Part shown: positions 60,234 to 64,000 of the stretch, in pieces
Layout of the letters: every line of letters begins with the position of its first letter
Position numbering within the stretch: position 1 is the stretch's first letter
Assembly: GCA_964187785.1 (NCBI GenBank)
Contig: OZ076412.1
Location: 70,556,001 to 70,620,000, forward strand
DNA length: 64,000 bases
Direction: 5' to 3'
Source: Amphiscolops sp. MND2022
Taxonomy: Eukaryota
Notes under the pieces: generated by a model
Told to the model about the DNA's origin: nothing
What the model saw: only the letters and a program-made list of their open reading frames with translations
Database searches by the model: none
Translations under genes and position numbers: made by a program

Positions 60234-61935
60234 AGCAGTCAACGCTGCTTACCCATCATGATGGCTGTCTACCCGAATATGGACAAGAACTTGATAAACA
60301 TTTCAAAGTTTAAACTTAAACAATACTTGTTTTTTTTCGTTTGATAAAATGTTGCTTTTAGTTGTACATTTCATTTAAAATGATGATTGTTGAACGTCGT
60401 TATTGATTTTATAGTTTCACCTATAGGGTGCGTTGATCAATTGAAAAACAACTGGAAAGGTAACGCCAAAGTTATCAAAACAGTGCTAAATCTTTGTTTT
60501 GTCGTCTTCAATGATAGGAAGGAATTAAATTCAATGGTCCTATATATCTTTGCTACATTAAGTCATTTGTAGTTCAATCATGAGGAAAACAATCAAAAAC
60601 AGTATGATGATCCATTTAAAAATCAGCATAATGATTTCGTACGTTTCTTTGATACTGCTTATGCGGCATTATGCAGTTTCCATAAAACAGCATATGCGGT
60701 TTTGTTAAAGAAACAGCATAATGATTATGTACGCAGTGTAGTTTTGTACCTTGTATTGCATGACGCGGTAATTCAGCAGAAACAGCATGATGACTTGAGT
60801 TAGAAACAGCATATGCGGAAACCCTGTGGAAACAGTATGACGTTTCAATATAAGAACAGCATATGCGGAAATTTGACAGAAACAGTATGATGTTTTAACT
60901 TAAAAACAGTATGAAGATTCTTTTTTCAGTTGATAAAATTATACTGAATTATGAGGTTTTCATGAGACAGCATATACTGCATTATGACGTCAAACAGCAT
61001 AATTTGCAGGATTTTCAGTGCTACGATGTTGTAAGTCACAGTGCTTTGTTTGGACTTTCCAGGAGTCTGACGCAATATTATATTTTTAACATTTGACCCT
61101 AGAAACATGACGATATGATGATTTACATAAAATTGAAAGTCATGTAACTAAAAATACCACCCAAAAGGATCGGTTGAAGGGGGACCATCAAAAAATCATT
61201 CTTCTAACCATCATTCGAGAAATATCACACATTCAGAGCAGTCATTCAATTTCACAAACAAATCACAATCCCCAAACTTCGCAGTTTCCTTTCTCTGTAA
61301 AAATAACTTCCACAGTTTCATTTTGCCAAAATATCTTTGTAATTCAAAGATTTTTGCACCCAACATTGTTTTCATCATGGGAAACAAGAGAAATAGACGA
61401 TCGAGGAGAGTAGAGTCTCAATCATCAGACAGAGACGAAAATACTTCAGAAACAAGCTTCACTCAAGGTAATGGGACTTTAGTTGGTGTTTCTGAAAATG
61501 TTAATAATGTTCTTGACAGGAACTTAGGCAGCGAACTAACAGAACCTTCTCTGATAAGCAATGAGATAGAAGTCATTTCGCAAAGACTAACAGAGCAGAA
61601 TAACGACAAGATGTCACAGATTGAAGAGCAACTAAATAACAAATTCGAAGAGATACTTAAGGAGATTAGAACAAACAAAAACCACCTTGTAATAACTGAT
61701 GAAGAGGATGTTGAGAACAATCAGCCCCGTCCTTCTAACTATAGAAATAAGGGTCTCAGGAACAAACACGCATCAAATTCAACATCCAATAAAGATAAGA
61801 ATCAGGATGACCGGTTCTATCCGTCTGAAATGAGTGAATTAAGACAACCGTACACTCCTCTTGGGATTGCTGAAGACACTTTAGACGAAACCATCATCAT
61901 AAATGAAAACAGACAGGAAAGGGCCGATCATCACA
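60187..61935 (+). repeat. 3' LTR of element F (1749 bp)
   Basis: TGTCGCCGGC...CATCACA followed by TSD GAGAG. Confidence 0.95.
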
Positions 61936-61967
61936 GAGAGACATACTTAAAAACATGCATTTCGTAA
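61377..61967 (+). CDS. Intact LTR-encoded Gag extension in the F 3' LTR, reading 10 codons into the flank
   Basis: ATG 61377 is open for 186 codons to the LTR end (ERADHH) and then continues RETYLKTCIS*. Confidence 0.7.
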   Translation: MGNKRNRRSRRVESQSSDRDENTSETSFTQGNGTLVGVSENVNNVLDRNLGSELTEPSLISNEIEVISQRLTEQNNDKMSQIEEQLNNKFEEILKEIRTNKNHLVITDEEDVENNQPRPSNYRNKGLRNKHASNSTSNKDKNQDDRFYPSEMSELRQPYTPLGIAEDTLDETIIINENRQERADHHRETYLKTCIS

Positions 61968-62489
61968 GAAGTACGGTTTGTTTCACGAATCGTAGTGTGA
62001 GGTTCATGATTGATACAATCGATCTTGGAACAGTCTTGTTAACATAGGAGTGGTAGTGCCGAGAGAGTCTACTTGAATGAGCTTTTTTGAAACACTTCGC
62101 TAGTCGAAAACAGTTTTGAAACTTATAGTGCTGCATATCCACGTGATCCAGGATGTGCAAAACTAGCTTCATTAAAATCAGATCAAATGAAAATAGTGAC
62201 CAAGAAAAAACACGAAAACCGTCGTCGACAAATAATATCAGGATTTCAGTTATCTCGACTTTGCTAGTTACAGACATGGATGGTGTACAGCATCGAAACT
62301 CTGTTCACAGATCTGTACCAGCTTAGTTTTTGTAACAAAAATCTATTTGAATCAATAACTTTACTTCCTGAAAGTTCCAACACAATGACTAATGAGAATG
62401 CGGGTTAAAATCATCATTAGATATTTCATATGCAAAACAAGGAATCACCGATAATTTTCAAGTATTGAACATATCGCCCGCCTTGATTT

Positions 62490-63720
62490 CCTCTAGGCAA
62501 ATCAATGTAATTGCAAGTCAGTAGTAGGGCAGTGGCAGTTTCCGCAATTTATGAACGGCACGGTTATATTCTCCCCTCCCGGAACCTCGCCCAATGTAGA
62601 GTTGCTTGACACGTCCTAATGGCCATTGTAAAGGTGAAACAATGTCATCAGTTATGTACACTTGATCTCCAAGCTTTAGGTTGGGGACTTCATTTCTCCA
62701 TTTACTTCTTTCTTGGAGAATGGCGAGGTACTATTTACTCCCTCGCTTCCAGAAATGTGTCAGTTTTGTTCGGATACAAGCCCATCATTTTTCGAGTTGC
62801 ATTGCGAAACTGAGACTGCTTTTTGACTAATTTCTACTGTTGATGCACCCAGCTTCCAACTTTGCACCCATACACAAAACTCCTGGAGTGAGTGGTAATT
62901 CATCTTTAGAATCATCAATCAGAAAACTAAAAATTCAAGACCATTTCAATCTGACAGAGGTCTGCAGTTCTTCATGATTTGGGACACATTTACCCAAGAC
63001 ACGTCCAAGATGCTTTTTAGCGCTTTTTATGGCCGCTTCCCACAAGCCACCGAAATGAGGAGTCCTGAAGGAATTATTGTTCAAACAACTGACAGTCCTG
63101 GTAAAAAGCATGAAAAGAATCGCTATGATTGGCTAAAAGAAGCTTTCGAAGTTCTTTCAGCTCTGCTTGCGCTCTAGTGAAATTTGATCCGTTATCGCTA
63201 AATATCCTTTTAGGACAGCTTCGGCATGAAACAAATCTTCGTAGTGCAGCAGTAAAGGCTTGCGAACACAAGTCTGACACTAACTCCAAGTGAACAGCAC
63301 AGCTGACAAAACAAATAAAAAGTGCAATTTAAACCTCAGCCTCGTTCGAGCCACCTGTATTACACACACAAAAATGGTCCTCCGGAGTCAACACCAACAT
63401 CTTGGAATGCTCGAGTTGGAATATCTATTCTTTCTTTCTGTGAGTCACCCATCAAAGGAATAATGTCTCTGGTTAGAAAGCGACAGCATGAAACACAGTT
63501 TCTGACAAGTTTGCGTATCATTCAGGAAAAGATTCAGCATTTGAAGTTTACCCCAATTCACTTGTGGACTAGTTTGAAGCGTTTTTATTTCATCGGAGAA
63601 GAAGGTTCCCGCTCCTGTACGAAGAGGTGGTTCATGGGTTCAGTTACCTCGCTGGTTGTGATGAAAATAGAATACTTGGTTTTATGTTTACAGATAGAAA
63701 CAAATATTTTGACCTAAGCG
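62490..63720 (-). pseudogene. BEL/Pao retrotransposon integrase remnant with C-terminal DUF5641-like region
   Basis: GVDSGGPF, ELVSDL...ALRRF...IFSDNGSNF, PHFGGLWEAAIKSAKKHL, HFWKR...KW...LGDQV...WPLGRV and RAVHKLRKLP. A GGCGGG tract then TGTT (probable 3' LTR start) follows at 62471. Confidence 0.88.
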
Positions 63721-64000
63721 ACAATTCAGAGAACTCTTTTTAGGGAACTTTGAGCTGATAAATCCATTTAATCTTGATTTCTGCAACTTGAGACAGGTTA
63801 ACCAAAACTTTTTGTTTCAGTGCTTCTTTTTTGGTAGCTATTTCCGTTGTTTGTAGCAGTGCTACGGTAATCAACCACTAAGGCCACTTCCACCATAAAA
63901 CAATTGAGCAGGATTTTAATGAAAAGTTACATGGTTATATCAGCAACAATTGTTGACTAATTGTTTCCTTCTCGGTTTAGCTAATTAAGAAGAATGGTAG

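Larger units (their letters stand above)
30595..61935 (+). mobile_element. Element F: complete Gypsy-like LTR retrotransposon (~16.5 kb excluding nested E), TSD GAGAG
   Basis: Matching LTRs TGTCGCCGGC...CATCACA. GAGAG at 30590-30594 and 61936-61940. Confidence 0.95.

Noticed and set aside
61936-62470. Possible env-like ORF downstream of the BEL/Pao integrase (with 28330-30594)
   Set aside because: The integrase end is followed at once by a GGCGGG tract and TGTT, the usual BEL 3' LTR start. The ORFs there are short and lack a signal peptide or TM pattern.

Overview
Eukaryotic (likely invertebrate) repeat-dense DNA made almost entirely of nested, partly decayed transposons. No intact host gene, RNA gene or CRISPR array was seen. 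Four divergent members of one Ty3/Gypsy-like LTR lineage dominate: A (548-11720, +, 5'-truncated), D (~18400-27469, -, 3'-truncated), E (31405-46263, -, complete, TSD GCTAT) and F (30595-61935, +, complete, TSD GAGAG). E sits inside F's 5' LTR. They share an architecture beyond gag-pol. (1) LTRs are 1.6-1.8 kb and, in D, E and F, encode ~190-215 codons in frame with gag, so the PBS is translated as MVTG. (2) E and F have a -1 slippery heptamer at the gag stop (degenerate in D). (3) Between pol and the 3' LTR lies a head-to-head two-gene cassette. One gene is antisense and multi-exon and encodes a zinc-finger, hAT-transposase-like protein lacking the catalytic Asp, with intron positions conserved across families. 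The other is a sense ORF with SIM-like and CxxC motifs that reads into the 3' LTR. F also carries arrays of a palindromic motif in an intron, in the intergenic region and in both LTRs. This cassette is the candidate undescribed system. The remainder is a 1.79-kb tandem duplication, a long-TIR element holding a Helentron-like insert and a LINE RT scrap, an orphan LTR fragment and a BEL/Pao integrase remnant. The MPSTRKQKAK-type peptides remind me of acoel-worm repeats, but that host assignment is unverified recall. All alignments were done by eye.
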